From the human T2T-CHM13v2.0 reference genome, Homo sapiens, in assembly GCF_009914755.1 (NCBI RefSeq), contig NC_060930.1: a stretch of DNA of 64,000 nt; one strand, 5' to 3'. How positions within the stretch are numbered: position 1 is the first letter of the stretch; each line of letters starts with the position of its first letter. The notes below the pieces were generated by a model that saw nothing but the letters and a program-made list of their open reading frames with translations, was not told the origin of the DNA and did no database searches. This document shows positions 16,905 through 36,950 of this stretch, piece after piece. The position numbers and the translations under genes are program-made.

Positions 16905-18464
16905 AACTCTGAAGTTTTTAAGTAGGTCTGTGGTGCTGCAGGTTATGGTAAAGGAGAAAGGGGGCAAGGGGAGGAAAATAAAGAAGCTATAAGCAAGAAC
17001 TGGAAGAGACAAAGGACGGAGGGAAATTTAGATCCTTGGAGTATATGGAAGCATATTATAAACTGTTACATTATGTCAGGGGTTCGAGTGCCTGGGAATG
17101 TTGTTGAGACAAGAATACATTGTCTGTGAAGCATTGCAGAAGACAACTGAAGGTAGATCTCTAAGTTTCAGTCCTAGCTGAGGAAATTAGACATCATTTG
17201 TCTAATTTCCATTGAGTGTGCAGTGCTGCTGTACTCGCCACTGGAAAGAGAAAAACATGGAAAAGGATAAGAGTTTTGACTCTGAGGAAGTTGATCTGAT
17301 TGAGTACAATATCATCTTGCATTAATTGTTTAATACTTTACAGTTTGTAAAGCTCTTCAATATAGGATACTTTATTTAGTCCTACAACGGCCTGGAGAAA
17401 TACCTGTATCAGTCCCAATTTATAACTGAGCAAGCTCAAGCTTAATGACTTAAATTGTGTGCTTGTCCTTAACTGCACAGTCAGTAAGTAGCAGAGCTAA
17501 GAACGCCAGCTGTCCTTCCTGTGAAAAGACTTCCTGGCCATGACCTATAAGGGCCATACATCTTGAAATCACAGAACGAGGTCATATTCATGCCCCCTTT
17601 GCAGGGGTGAGGTGTTCGCATCTATCATTCCGCATCCTTCTCCCAGTCTTCCTTTGGACCAGTGGTTCACTTAGAGGGCACGGCCAGTGGCAAGGAACCT
17701 TGCTTTTCCCTCTTTGCAGTATGTGTAGGGCTAAAACTTGTGACCCCTGCCACATTACCACCATGCTGACTCGAAGATGCTACATAATGTTCTTGGCAAA
17801 TACCATTAGGTCTTTTTTGTGTGCAAATGAATATAATCCAAAAAGATGAATAATCGATGGCTCAGGAACAAAGAATGCTGGGGCGGCTTAGTAAGGAAGT
17901 GGGGAAAGAACGATTAAGACCCAGCATGCCTGGAGTGGGCTTGTCACGGGATGATGACATTTATTTTTAGCTAAAGTCACTTTCTCCAGAGACTTTTTCA
18001 CTATTTTGATAAAGCCAGATAGCTATCATCAGAAGAAAGGCCCACCTCACCTAGAAGTGATTGGGTTGTAAACATTAGTATGTCTATTTCTTTCTTGGGA
18101 CTGTTTCCCCTAAAGCTTTCTGATCGTTATCTAGCAGCTGCAGAACTCTAGACCAGCACTCAGCCATGCCGAACCTGTAGAGAGGGAAGACTGAGGTCCC
18201 TAAGCCCCTTCTGGCTTGAGTGTTCATCATGGTCTGAGGCCAACTATAGTCTTTTGCAGTTACTCACTTGTAGAACTCAACCTTTTGTTGTTGTCACCAG
18301 TGCAAATGGTTCATCCTGTCTGCTGTGGAGGGTGGGTAGAATTTCACTGTCTAGGGCTCAGGTGTGGGTAAGAGCATACCTAGCATTTGTGTAAGAGAAG
18401 TATAAACATACAATATGGTCCAGTACTGGGTTCAGCATAAATGTGAGGTTAAGAGATAAAGCTA

Positions 18465-18765
18465 GGCTGGGCATGGTGACTTACACTTGTAATTCCAACA
18501 CTGTGGGAGGCTGAAGTGGGAGGATTGCTTCAGTCCAGGAGTTTGAGGCCAGCCTGGGCAATACACCAAGATCCTGTCTCTAAAAAAAAAAAAAAATTTG
18601 TTGAGCGTGGTGGTGTGTGTCAGGGGTCCCAGCTACTCAGGAGGTTGAAGAAAGAGGATTGCCTGAGCTCAGGAGTTCAAGGTTTCAGTAAGCTATTATT
18701 GTACCACTGTACTCCAGCATGGGCTGAGTGAGACCTCATTGCCAAAAAAAAAAAAAACAAAAAAA
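18465..18765 (+). mobile_element. Alu (AluJ-like)
   Basis: Diverged sense Alu with A-tail. Confidence 0.88.
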
Positions 18766-19007
18766 CCTGGGGAGAGAGAGCGAAAGCTACTCAAGGGGCC
18801 ACAAATGTAATTATGCCAAAATTCAAATGATGATTAGTCAGTCCTGAGTTGGCTGGGTGCTCCGAGCGTTGCCTGGAAGCTGCTGTTGCTGCACAACAGT
18901 ATTTCCTTCCCTCTCTGTCTTGTCAGCTTCTGACTGTGCCCTGCCCCAACCCCACACCCAGCGCTGGGCAGGAGAAGAAAAAAGGGAGTGCAAAAAGGAG
19001 AGAGACC

Positions 19008-19230
19008 AAATGCAGTGTGGTGTCTTGGATTGGATCCCAAACAGAAAAAGAACATTAGTGAAAATCTAAATGAAGTCTAGAGTTTAGTTAATAGTAAGGT
19101 ACAAATGTTGGTTTCTTAGTTTTGCCAAACATACCATGGTGTAAGGTGTTAACAAAATTGGAAACTGGGTGAGGGGTACTATCTTGGCAACTTTTCTGTA
19201 AATCAAAAATTATTCCAAAATAAAAAGTTA
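19008..19230 (+). mobile_element. Old L1 (L1M) 3'-end fragment
   Basis: ...gcaacttttctgtaaatcaaaaattattccaaaataaaag resembles an L1MC/ME 3' end. Confidence 0.55.
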
Positions 19231-19563
19231 TTTGGGATTTTTTAAAAGGTGGTTGGGAGAGCCAAGGAGGAAGGGGAGAAAGGAAGACAGAGGCTATGAT
19301 GGGAAAAGGAAGGTTCCTGTGGCTGGGAGAGGGTGTTAGAGCCCCCCAGCCTTTGGTTGGACAGGAAGACCTGAGTCTAGTGGCTAGGCCAACTGGACCC
19401 TGATTTAGCTTTGTTGCAGACTGGCTGTGAACAGATTACTTTGTGACTTTGTATCTTGGTGCCTCTTTTTCCCTATCTGTATATGTGGGGCATATTCTGT
19501 TCAGTAGGACTCTTGAAAGGCAGGATATGGTGAGGAAAACACTCTGAGAGATAAAAAATGTAG

Positions 19564-19911
<348 letters not shown>

Positions 19912-20137
19912 TAGGCCTGGTGATGTGATAGGCATTGTGGGTATTTTGAGGGTGGGTGAGGCAACACTAAAGGGTGTTAATCACCAGAAGATACATTTCC
20001 TGGGTGCTGTAGCTCTGGTGGGAGCTCTGGATTGTACTTGCCGAAAGGCTTATTTTACTCTCCCTGCATTCTCCTTCCTGTTGCCCATTGAGCTGTCTTG
20101 TTTTCCTTCCTCTCCTGTCCTCCACTTGCCTTTGCAG

Positions 20138-20336
20138 AAGCCACTGGTGAAGGACCGGGAAGCTGAGCTTCTGTACTTTGCTGATGTCTGCGCAGGCCCA
20201 GGTGGCTTCTCAGAGTATGTGCTGTGGAGGAAGAAGTGGCATGCAAAGGGCTTTGGAATGACTTTGAAGGGCCCTAATGACTTCAAGCTGGAGGACTTCT
20301 ACTCTGCTTCCAGTGAACTCTTCGAACCCTACTATG
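20138..20336 (+). CDS. CMTR1: CMTR1 exon 9: SAM-binding motif of the RrmJ/FtsJ-type methyltransferase
   Basis: ttgcag|...|gtaggg; [40 protein letters not shown]...EPYY. Confidence 0.97.
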
Positions 20337-21091
20337 GTAGGGACATTGAGGAGGGTACTAGGAGGTATGAGGGACAGCCCCTCTATGGGGACTTCAGGTC
20401 AGAAGCAGTTGTTATCCACATGCCATATTTTCTTTCCTAGGTCTCTTACCCTGGGCTTCACAGTTCATGTCAGAATCTTGGTTCCCTCTGGACTATCCCT
20501 TTTTACCCTGGGCCTGCAGAATACAGGTCAAACACTCCCTCAGCAGATTCTCATCAAGGCCCTATTAATTCCTCCTTTCAGGAACACTCTGCTTTTGTGG
20601 TGGCAGGAGATAATGAAACTGCCTGATCTCTGGCTGAGAACTGGCAGGGTTTTTAACAAATATAAACCCAATGCCCATCTCTCGCCCTCTGTGCCAGGTG
20701 CAGAATGCACTGGGTTGCAGACAGCTCAGCAACCCACAGCAGTCCCTCTGTTCTATGTTGATTGTAATTTGACAGCAAATCCTAAGTCCTTTCTGAACAG
20801 TCCTTATTACAAAATTGATGCCTAAATGTAGGTGCCTTAAACACAACTTGGGTCTTAAAGAGAAAGTTCCACGAGTTGATGACTTTTGACTGGTCAACTC
20901 CTTTGGGACTGTGTTTCATTATAGCAGAGTACTGTTGTTCCTCCTGGTCCATCACTGTAAGGGAGCCTTGCAGGATGGGCCCTAGTTCTTGAGACACCTG
21001 ATGCCCGTCTTCACTGACCCAGAGCACTCGTGTCCCAGCTCCTGACATGTATAGGGCAGATGAACTCACTATGACTCTTGTATTCTGACAG

Positions 21092-21210
21092 GTGAGGGTG
21101 GGATTGATGGAGATGGAGATATCACCCGCCCAGAGAACATCTCTGCTTTTCGGAATTTTGTCCTGGATAACACAGATCGCAAGGGTGTCCATTTTCTGAT
21201 GGCTGATGGG
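21092..21210 (+). CDS. CMTR1: CMTR1 exon 10 (catalytic Asp in MADG, D364 by my count)
   Basis: tgacag|...|gtaggt; (G)[39 protein letters not shown]. Confidence 0.95.
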
Positions 21211-23074
21211 GTAGGTTACCTTTTTTCCATAGACTGATGCATTAAGGATTTGTTATTTTAGAGGTTTGAGAATTGTTTGTTTTATCTGGTTCTTTAGCTG
21301 CTCCCAAAGATGGTATTTCACAGTTCAGATTGTAGAGAATGCATTTTTATTCTTTTTATACATTTTTTAAATGATAATTGTGTAGAGACTGATGTTGTGG
21401 ATACCTTTGCCTGGAGCAGGGTGATCTTGGTGTTGCTCCTGGTGGAGGCTGTCTATACATGGTCACCTGTAAGCCTCTCATAGGCTGACAGATGGCCACC
21501 TAACCAAAGACGGCAGCACAGAGGAATCCACAGGAGGCTCTTGTCAGGGCTGGGTTAAAGTGAATATTCAAGAGGCCTTGTCTATGGGCAGCTGCTTGAG
21601 GCACAGAGGGAAGCCCATTGCAGCTTTGTTCAGCAGAAGCTCTCACCCAGTAATCTGACAATGCAGGCATTCCTTTCTGGAGTGAGCCACCACTTACTCT
21701 AGAGGAAGGACAGACAATTTGGCAGCTGCTCCAGGATCATATAGCTAGAGTTGAGAAAAGCCTCTGGGACTCTTTGGGTGGCCTCTTAAGCAGTAGCTGT
21801 GTGGCTAGTGAAGGAAGGTGGGCAGGATGTCAGCATGATATCCAAAGATGCCTAGGCTCACCAAAGCACTGTGCACAGCAGGGAACAACAGATGACAGGC
21901 TTGGGGCTGGCTGTGAGGGAGGGGCTGCTCTGGCTGAGCAGATGTGGGAGTCTGATAGCGCTAATGAGGCAGCTGTTGCTGTGCGGCAGCTATAGAGTTG
22001 GAAGCTCAAGGGCTTTCTGCTTCAGCACTTCAGCAGTGTAAAGGGGTGACCTGGGCTTTTTTTTTTTTTAATTGACCCCATAATCAGGCATGCATTTTGA
22101 GAAGCATCTTTAAGTCTGGAAGACACTCCTAAACATTTCTTATCCTGAGTCCTTTAGCTATCACTTCTGTAGAACTGAGTCAGGGACACCTGGGGCGTGT
22201 TTAATAGAGGGCAGCGTCCTTTTTTCTTTATTTTATTGTAAAAAACACAAATTTGATCATCTTAATCATTTTTAAGTGTTAACAGTAGTGTTAAGTCTAT
22301 TCACACTGTTGTGCAACAGATTTTCAGAAGTTTTCATTTTGCAAAACAGAAACTGTACCCATTTAACAACACTGTGCCACCTGATGTCCCCTGGCCTCCT
22401 TTACTTTTATGTAAGCCTGACTCTGTCTCCTGCTGGGATCTCACAAGGAGGGAGACCACTCTAGAAATAGCATCACACATTCTTTCAGTAAATACCCTGG
22501 CCAGAGAGTCTGCCAGCTGGATACAAGAGGCACCGTGGTCTTAGGACAGGAAAGGGGGTATTGTAAGTAAAACCTGAGTCAACAGAGAGAGATTACTGTG
22601 ACTAGGAAAGTTAACTTTTCTCCTTCACCAGAGTGGGAAGCCGAAGCAGAGTGTTCTCACTGTACTCACTCCCTGGTCTTGTTAGGACTCACCAGAGCAT
22701 TCTGTTTCCTATGTTGTGGTTGACCTCTGACTAGCCAATATTTTGCCTCTGTTCTGCCTTACTCTTCTCTGGATTCCCATGAGTTAAAACACATTCTAAA
22801 CCATCTCCTTGGAAAAGCAGGCTTGGTTCCATCCCCTGAGAATGACAGAGCAGGAAAGTGGAGCTGGTCCAGTAGTAGGCCTGGGTCCTGTGCTTACTCC
22901 ATCTAACAAGCCCAGTGACCTTCTAAAATAACTCAACACTGAGCTGCTTCTTCATCAATCAGATGGTGATCAGTGAAAACACTTCAAGAACTCTCGATGA
23001 AGATGAGGTAGTGATGTTATTCTTAGTCCTTCTCTTTTCTCTTTCCCACCCCATTCCTTGTGCTCTCATTTCAG

Positions 23075-23171
23075 GGTTTCTCGGTGGAGGGGCAGGAGAA
23101 CCTGCAGGAGATCCTCAGCAAGCAGCTGCTTCTGTGTCAGTTCCTCATGGCGCTGTCCATTGTCCGGACAG
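23075..23171 (+). CDS. CMTR1: CMTR1 exon 11
   Basis: tttcag|...|gtgaca; [32 protein letters not shown]. Confidence 0.95.
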
Positions 23172-23495
23172 GTGACACTTCCTCAGCTGTCTCCTCACCC
23201 CAGGACCCACTTAGAGGCCCTATTGGACAAGAACATGTACAAGGGGTTGGTGGGGAAGTTAAAAAAATCTGCTTATATTAGAGGACAGGTAGCTAAATGA
23301 GTAATTTAGGGAAGAAAGGGCTGTGGAATCCTCAAAGTCCCCTCCAAAGATGGTTCTCCCCCTTAAATTGTCTCTGAGTTTTAACAGACCCAGGTGCTGG
23401 TTTCCTTGACTTTGTCATATTTACTCCCAAGACTACTTCACCCATCTCTTGGAATAGACCCATTGGCTGCTTTTGGTGTTTTCTCTCTAATCTAG

Positions 23496-23628
23496 GAGGC
23501 CACTTCATCTGTAAAACCTTTGACCTGTTCACACCGTTTAGTGTGGGGCTTGTCTACCTGCTGTACTGCTGCTTTGAACGAGTTTGTCTCTTCAAGCCTA
23601 TTACCAGCCGTCCTGCCAACTCAGAGAG
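23496..23628 (+). CDS. CMTR1: CMTR1 exon 12 (catalytic Lys in ICKTF and Glu in SRPANSE)
   Basis: atctag|...|gtgaag; (G)[43 protein letters not shown](R). Confidence 0.95.
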
Positions 23629-24354
23629 GTGAAGCCTTTCTCTCTATATTAGCCAGATTAATTGGCTAAATGTCAGAACAGCAAATCATGGTGCATCTCT
23701 CTGGCATGACCTCTTAAGCTACGTTTAAAACCTTGACTTTAAAGAAGTGATGAGAGCCAACAGGATTCAGGATTCCTGGATCTTTTGGTCTTGTGATATG
23801 CCAGTTCAGCCTCTGCCTCCTTCTTCCAAGCCTTATGCTCCATGCTTATGTGAGGGATTCTCAGCTTGGCCAAGGAGAAAGTGACCAATAGTAGGGACAC
23901 TTCAGGGGTCTTGGGCTGGGAAGGGGCAAGGAGCCGCTATCCAGAGGCACTACTGGGGTCCCAGTGTGACACTGCCCACACACAAGGTGAGAGAAAATGC
24001 AACCAATCAGAATTGCCCGGTGGCTTTGTTACAAACACATATTTCTGGGCCTTCTCCTGGGAGAGTTTGATTCATTAGGTCTATAATTTAACAGACTCCC
24101 CAGGTGATTGTGACACAGCCCGTCTGTCACAGGGAAGTTAGGAACTACTGCGATAGAGAGTAGAAATAGAGCTCAACAGAGAAGGATTTGAGGGGAACTT
24201 TAGCACCACAAAGGGTCTGTGTTGTTCTTTGTGCGTAGGCCTAAGGTTGAACAGGGAAGCCATTAAGCTTTGTGATTCCACAAGGGGTTGGGGGAAAAGG
24301 AATGTATGGGGAGGAAGCCCTTGCTCGGTGGAGTGACAGAGTATCTTCTGCCAG

Positions 24355-24534
24355 GTATGTGGTGTGCAAGGGCCTGAAGGTGGGCATAGATGATGTTCGG
24401 GATTACCTCTTCGCAGTGAATATTAAACTCAATCAGCTGCGGAACACGGATTCCGACGTCAACTTGGTGGTCCCCCTGGAGGTGATCAAGGGAGACCATG
24501 AATTTACTGACTACATGATACGGTCCAATGAGAG
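24355..24534 (+). CDS. CMTR1: CMTR1 exon 13
   Basis: tgccag|...|gtaagc; (R)[21 protein letters not shown]...DYMIRSNE(S), 180 nt. Confidence 0.95.
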
Positions 24535-25589
24535 GTAAGCCAACGGGCTGGTTTTTGCTGGTAACACTGAGGTCCTAAGGAAGACCAGAGAGTGAAAGAC
24601 TGAATGGTTGGCTCTTGGTATCACTTTGTCAACCCTGACAAATTGGCAACTGGGTTTGGTCTGCTGGTTTCAGGGCTCCCTGGGACTTTGGTTAGTTACC
24701 CTCAGGGACCCCCATCCTGCTGCCATGCCCTATCCCAAGGGTGGCAGGTAGGTGCCTGGCTAGTATAGGCCTGCCTGCAGGAGCCTGTGTATAACAGTGA
24801 AAGCTGACAGAGCAGCCTGTGTCCCTGGAGGCAGGAGTAATTTCCCTTTAATTGCTGCTGTTTGTAAAAGGCCATCATGCTTGTTGCCTGGTGAAGTCCC
24901 TGTTTGGAGGCAGGAGATGGATGGAAAGCATGTGTACAACATGCTTTGGAAGTGCCCAAACTTTTGCCATTTCTTCATGAGTTCCCCAGCTGGTGATCCA
25001 AATGCTGTTTTCTGTATCTTCTTTGTTTTCCCCACTCCCTGTTAGTGGTAATAATTTAAAGTTGTGACATTTGGCTTAGTTTTCTCAGTGGGCAGGCCTT
25101 TGAAAAAAGTGTTTGGAGATAGGCTGGAGGGTTGTATAGTAGTAGTGATTCAATAGAAAATGCTCTCTTAGGGGGCTAAACAGGTGTTGGAAAGGCCTTA
25201 GTTAAGGGTCCAACCTTAAGTCCCCCAGAGAAGTTTGAAGATAGAGGTGGCCCTGGAGAATCATAGAAGGGGAGGAAGTCTTTATCCTATTCTCTCCTAT
25301 TTTTCCAGTATTGCCTGGTGTTTTAACTTTCCACAGTACTGCCATATAAGCGCCCTCATTTTGATAGCAATGGTAGGCACCAAGGTGGAGCAGACAGTAA
25401 ACTTCAGCATGTTATAGATGAGGAAGCAAACAGGCCCAGCGACCCGCCTGGCTAGGGCTTTGTAACACTTCTGGGTTATGGAACATGTCTTTTGGCTGAA
25501 CAAGTGCGCATAGATGCATGGCAGAACTGGAATTCTTTTCAGGGGTTCCAATAACACAGAGTGTTTAAGCAACTCTATAACCAGCCACT

Positions 25590-32200
<6,611 letters not shown>

Positions 32201-32558
32201 AGAAAGGGTGGCTGTTAGTATACATAGGTCGAGTAAGCTTAGTCTATAGTTGAACTGAATCTGGGCTTTGAATGAGCTCACCACTACTTTCAGATTATTT
32301 AAGGGTGGGATTAGAAGCTTCCTTTTAGTAGGACTTGGGATCTAAGAACTGAGTGACCCAGTTTTCCTGTTCTACCCTCATCCTTCAGTAAGCCCCACAT
32401 AACTGCACTGTGGGGTAGGGGTGTGGGTTTCTTTCTCAACTCTCCAGCTCCTTCACCAAATATAGATGGCCACTGCTCCCGTTTAACCTCTCTGTCCTGA
32501 TGTCAGTTACCTGTCTTTTTTGGTAATCCTGAGATCAAATAATTTTTTTTTCTTCTAG

Positions 32559-32615
32559 CCACTGTAGTCTGCAGATCAAAGCTCTGGCGAAAATCCATGC
32601 CTTTGTTCAAGACAC
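32559..32615 (+). CDS. CMTR1: CMTR1 exon 14
   Basis: ttctag|...|gtgagt; (S)HCSLQIKALAKIHAFVQD(T). Confidence 0.94.
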
Positions 32616-33384
32616 GTGAGTGTTGCCCACTTTTCAGAAACCACCTATTTCAAGGGAAGATCTTGCTTTTCCTCCCCACAAGCTGTTTGTTTTTTTCATT
32701 TCAACAAACATTTTAAAACACCTGCTTTTTTCTCATACTCTGCTATGGTCTCTGAAGGATGCCAGAGAAGCATATGACATGAGCTTTGTCCCCAAATACT
32801 TTACATTGTCTTTGGGCAGATAAGAGTAACCCAGGAAAAGGATACAGGAAAGGTTATTAACAGTGCATCAGAGGGTGTAGAGTGGCATGGCACAAGTAGA
32901 ATACATAATGTTCAGGGGACACAGAGTAAAGAGTGATCAAGAGAGGAGAGGTAGGACTGATCAGAGAAACCTCGGGTAGGGGGTGAACATAAGCTAATTC
33001 AGCTTTGTGGGGCATGGTGACATCCAGTGGGATGGGTTTAGTGTGGCCTGTGTCAGCAGAAGAGGAGCTAGAACATGCTGATGGGTGATTGAAAAGGGTG
33101 TCGGGGAGGACCCTGGCATCCAGGTCGTCTGGAGGGCACTTTCTCCTTTCCCATTGTGGTGAGAAGGGCAGGTAATCCCATTTCGTGTATGTTTGAGCTC
33201 CTGTCTTCAAAAGGAGAGCCTTGCATGTGTTGTAATCACGCTGGGCCAGTGGCAGCATAGTGTCTGTGTGTACACTCACATGTTCATTCATTCAGGCCTC
33301 CTCTCTATGGGATATGAGGGGTGCACAGGGGGCACTCCTGTGCCTCTTAGAGATTTTAATCACTAACTGGCTTCATATTCCCAG

Positions 33385-33442
33385 GACACTGAGTGAGCCT
33401 CGACAGGCAGAGATACGGAAGGAGTGCCTCCGACTCTGGGGG
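33385..33442 (+). CDS. CMTR1: CMTR1 exon 15
   Basis: consensus branch point cactaac at 33361; tcccag|...|gtgagt; TLSEPRQAEIRKECLRLWG. Confidence 0.94.
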
Positions 33443-33956
33443 GTGAGTATCTCCCCCGCCCATTGCTGCTTCAGGGCAGGGAAGCCATAGAGAAGAATGG
33501 GGTTGACTCCCAATCCTGTCACCTTAGGGTGTCTCTGCATCCAAAAATATCTGCTACCCTCACAGCATCCCAGAGGTTGACATCTCGGCATTGTTGGTAG
33601 TTACGTCCTTGGCCCTTTCACTGCTGGTTTGGCCCTGCAGCTGGGTCAGAAAGGACTAAGGGGTGGGGTGTGGGGAGGTGGGCCGGTGTCAGTTTTGCAA
33701 CTGGTGGCCCCATGTAGCAGCACTGACAACAGAGAGCCCCAGAGAAAAGGAAGTAGCCTTTGGGGTCCATTGCCACAGGATCTGAAAGGGAGCAGTGAGT
33801 GAATTATCCACCTCCATCCCTGTCAGCCTAGCCTCCTTTGTTGTGTGCCATTCCTCCTCCCCAGTCTGACCCTATCTCCTCCACCTGCATATACTCATAC
33901 ACGGTCTTGGTCAAAAGGGCATTTGAAAGTCAAAGCTCTTTGCTGTCTTATTTCAG

Positions 33957-34025
33957 ATCCCAGACCAGGCTCGTGTGGCTCCTTCTTCCTCCGACCCTAA
34001 ATCGAAGTTCTTTGAGCTAATCCAG
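33957..34025 (+). CDS. CMTR1: CMTR1 exon 16
   Basis: tttcag|...|gtaaga; IPDQARVAPSSSDPKSKFFELIQ. Confidence 0.94.
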
Positions 34026-35007
34026 GTAAGACTGGTATCTGTGGTGGACATAAAAAGTTAGAGATCTGTCTCTAGATGTGGATGGTATCACTGAGGCCCC
34101 AGATGCATGGTCTCCAGAGGGCTTGTGCAGATGCCCACCATGGGCTCTAAGGGGCGGAGCTAAGGCTGCCACAGGTGGGAACCTTTGGTATAGGGTGTTG
34201 AATTCCCCAAGAGCACAGTCAGGCCAACGGAAGATTCTCATGTTCAGTGCTTGGGCTCAGCATTCCTGCCACCCAAAGGGTGGTTCTGGCTGTGTCACCC
34301 TGGCAAGTTCAGGGTCCTGTGGGATTTGCCTACAAAGGAGACATAGAGTGTGGGATGATCTTAGGCAAGGGAGCTGGGCACAGGGTGAAGGGAGCTGCCA
34401 GGGAAGCCCGCAGCAGGGTTGGCCTAACCCCAGGTTCTTTGTCTTATTTCTGGTGAGCTGGTCCTCAGAGTTCTTTTGCCCTGTTTCTTCTACCACTCAA
34501 CCTCCAGCTTTTACTTGGGCCTCATTTAAATCTGTCCCAGATCATGGGCAATTGTGCTGGTTTTGTGGGGGTCAGGGAGTAGAGACTGAGGTTCAAGATG
34601 CCCTCAAAAGAATAGTATGTGTACATTTTTCTAAATGGGGTAAAGAGATCACTAAACTGTTCTCAAACCAACTGCTGGAGAATCCTTGCTTTGAGTTTTA
34701 TTGAAGGGGCAGCTTTTATATTCTGGTGACATTTTCTTATAGGTCTGGTAAATTGATCTGTACTTGGGGACTCAGTGTTCTTTCCTTTTCCAGCCTCTCC
34801 TAATAGGTCCTACAGGAACATTCCAAGCAGATGGAAATAGATCCCATTTAGTGCACAGTTAGGTAGAGAAGGGGGTGCAGGGGAGCATATTTCAGAGAGC
34901 CAATGCTTCCTGTCCCTTGCCTTGTCGAGCCTGCCCCCAGCCCAGATAGGCACCCATACTGTCCCTTCCCCCAACCCGGCAGTGTTTTCTCTGACTCGTG
35001 GCTGCAG

Positions 35008-35139
35008 GGCACTGAGATTGACATCTTCAGCTACAAGCCCACACTGCTCACCTCTAAAACCCTGGAGAAGATCCGCCCTGTGTTTGACTACCGCTGCATG
35101 GTATCTGGCAGTGAGCAGAAGTTCCTCATCGGCCTGGGG
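35008..35139 (+). CDS. CMTR1: CMTR1 exon 17 (guanylyltransferase-like domain)
   Basis: ctgcag|...|gtaagt; [44 protein letters not shown]. Confidence 0.95.
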
Positions 35140-36061
35140 GTAAGTCTGCAGCTGGCTTCCTGCCCAGCTTGGAATGGTGGATTTGCCCTTTGCGGAATCT
35201 GGACAGCTGCCTGCCACACTTGGTACATGTTCTCTTGGCATTAAGTAGCTGTTGCTTTGACCCTAGTGAAGGTATTTCTTGAAACTTCGTTTCCTTTCTT
35301 CCTCTGAGTTTGCCAAGTGTCATTCATTCATTCTTTCATTTGTTTCTTCAATTCTGTGCATTGCTAAAGGGAACACTGCTACTTTTCTTGTGATACAGAG
35401 CTTCCCAGGCTAGCAGAGTGGTCAGCAGGCTTATCTGGCTTGAGCCCAGGCAGCCATTCCTTTGCAACACCACCACCACCCCATGCCATCCCATCCCCTG
35501 TCTTGCAAAGATACTCCCTGTCCCTACCCTGGGCCCCCTGGAGTCTAAAGTGAGGTGAGGGAAAGCCTTGGCAAGCTCTTTATCTTACTTAACTGGGTAA
35601 AGTCATTGCTTTTTCTTTCAACTCTTGACTTGTGTTTCTATATAATTTGATCCTGTCTTCCTCAGTTACTTCTTTTGTACCCTCTCACACTTTGTCTTTT
35701 TCTCATTTTACTTACTCTCTCCTTCTCTGCTCTCTGGACTCTTCACTAAACCCACCTTAGACATATACGAAACTGGATCTTTTTTGAGGGCCACTAATTA
35801 TGGACTTAGGTCTTTTGAGTGGTGCCCTGCACCCGTTCCAAGGCTGAGCCAGATCTCTGCTTCTCTTCTGCTGAGGCACTGGAGAACACTACTATCATTA
35901 TCACTAAAGTATAATGGATTTAATCTCTCATAGACATTTTCTTCTGACATTTCCCAGTCCCATCAGTTTGTAGCTGCCAACTAAAAGCTCTTTTGAGAAG
36001 TAAGCCTCTTATCCCTCGATCTCCATGCCTTCCTTACCTGGCTGTTTCTCTCTGCCTGTAG

Positions 36062-36184
36062 AAATCCCAGATCTACACATGGGATGGCCGCCAGTCAGAC
36101 CGCTGGATCAAGCTAGACCTGAAGACAGAGCTGCCCCGGGACACTCTGCTATCTGTGGAAATTGTGCATGAGCTGAAAGGGGAG
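36062..36184 (+). CDS. CMTR1: CMTR1 exon 18
   Basis: ctgtag|...|gtcaga; [41 protein letters not shown]. Confidence 0.94.
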
Positions 36185-36858
36185 GTCAGAGATGGTTCTG
36201 CTCAGGTGTTGGCCCTGCAGCTAGGGGACTAGGGGGCTGCTGAACCTGGCCTTTTGCCCTGAGTTAACTTGGTTACATTGTGTGGTGGCTGACAGGGCCC
36301 AGGGCTGGGGTAAGGGTTTATAATGACTCCTCCCCGAGCAGTTGCTCTAAGCCACAGTGGTTCAGGTAAGGAGGAGCGCAGTCTCCGTGCGTCAGAGGAG
36401 ACCTCGATTGTCTCTGTGCATTGAGGGCCCTGGTGAGTCTACTGGGTATTTTTTAGCAGCTGATTTAGTTTTTGACCAGAGATCCCTTGGGAAACAAGAG
36501 ACTTGTTTCTCAGGAGCCATGAGTATGAAATCTATATGGTGACATTCAGAACAGTCAGTAGGAGCAACTGGCAAGGGGGGTAAGCCAGATCCTGGCTGGA
36601 GTGCCATGGCAGCAGCCTCACTGGGTTTGAGGTTCAAGGGGCCTTATCACCCAATGCCTTGGATCTTACCCTGCTCAGAAGCCGAGGCCAGTCTGATGCT
36701 GAGGAGCAGCTGGGAGGGAGACAAGAAAAATATCCTGCATTTAGAGCCCTACCCTTCCCCCAGCTGTAGGCAGAATGGAGCCAGCATGCCATGGTGGGTA
36801 GTGGGGGCTGAAGGCTGACACCTGGCAGAGTGGGCAGTGTACCTACTTATCCTTCTAG

Positions 36859-36950
36859 GGGAAGGCCCAGAGGAAGATCAGTGCCATCCACATCCTCGAT
36901 GTCCTTGTGCTGAATGGCACCGACGTTCGGGAGCAGCACTTTAACCAGCG
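36859..36950 (+). CDS. CMTR1: CMTR1 exon 19
   Basis: ttctag|...|gtctga; [30 protein letters not shown](R). Confidence 0.93.

Noticed and set aside
18828-18847. Box C/D-like ATGATGA...CTGA
   Set aside because: The boxes are far too close for a snoRNA and there is no terminal stem; no snoRNA, snRNA or tRNA gene was recognised anywhere in the window
34078-34704. 208-aa ORF, the longest in the track
   Set aside because: Intronic, GTG start, no recognisable domain or splice support; consistent with chance in GC-rich DNA
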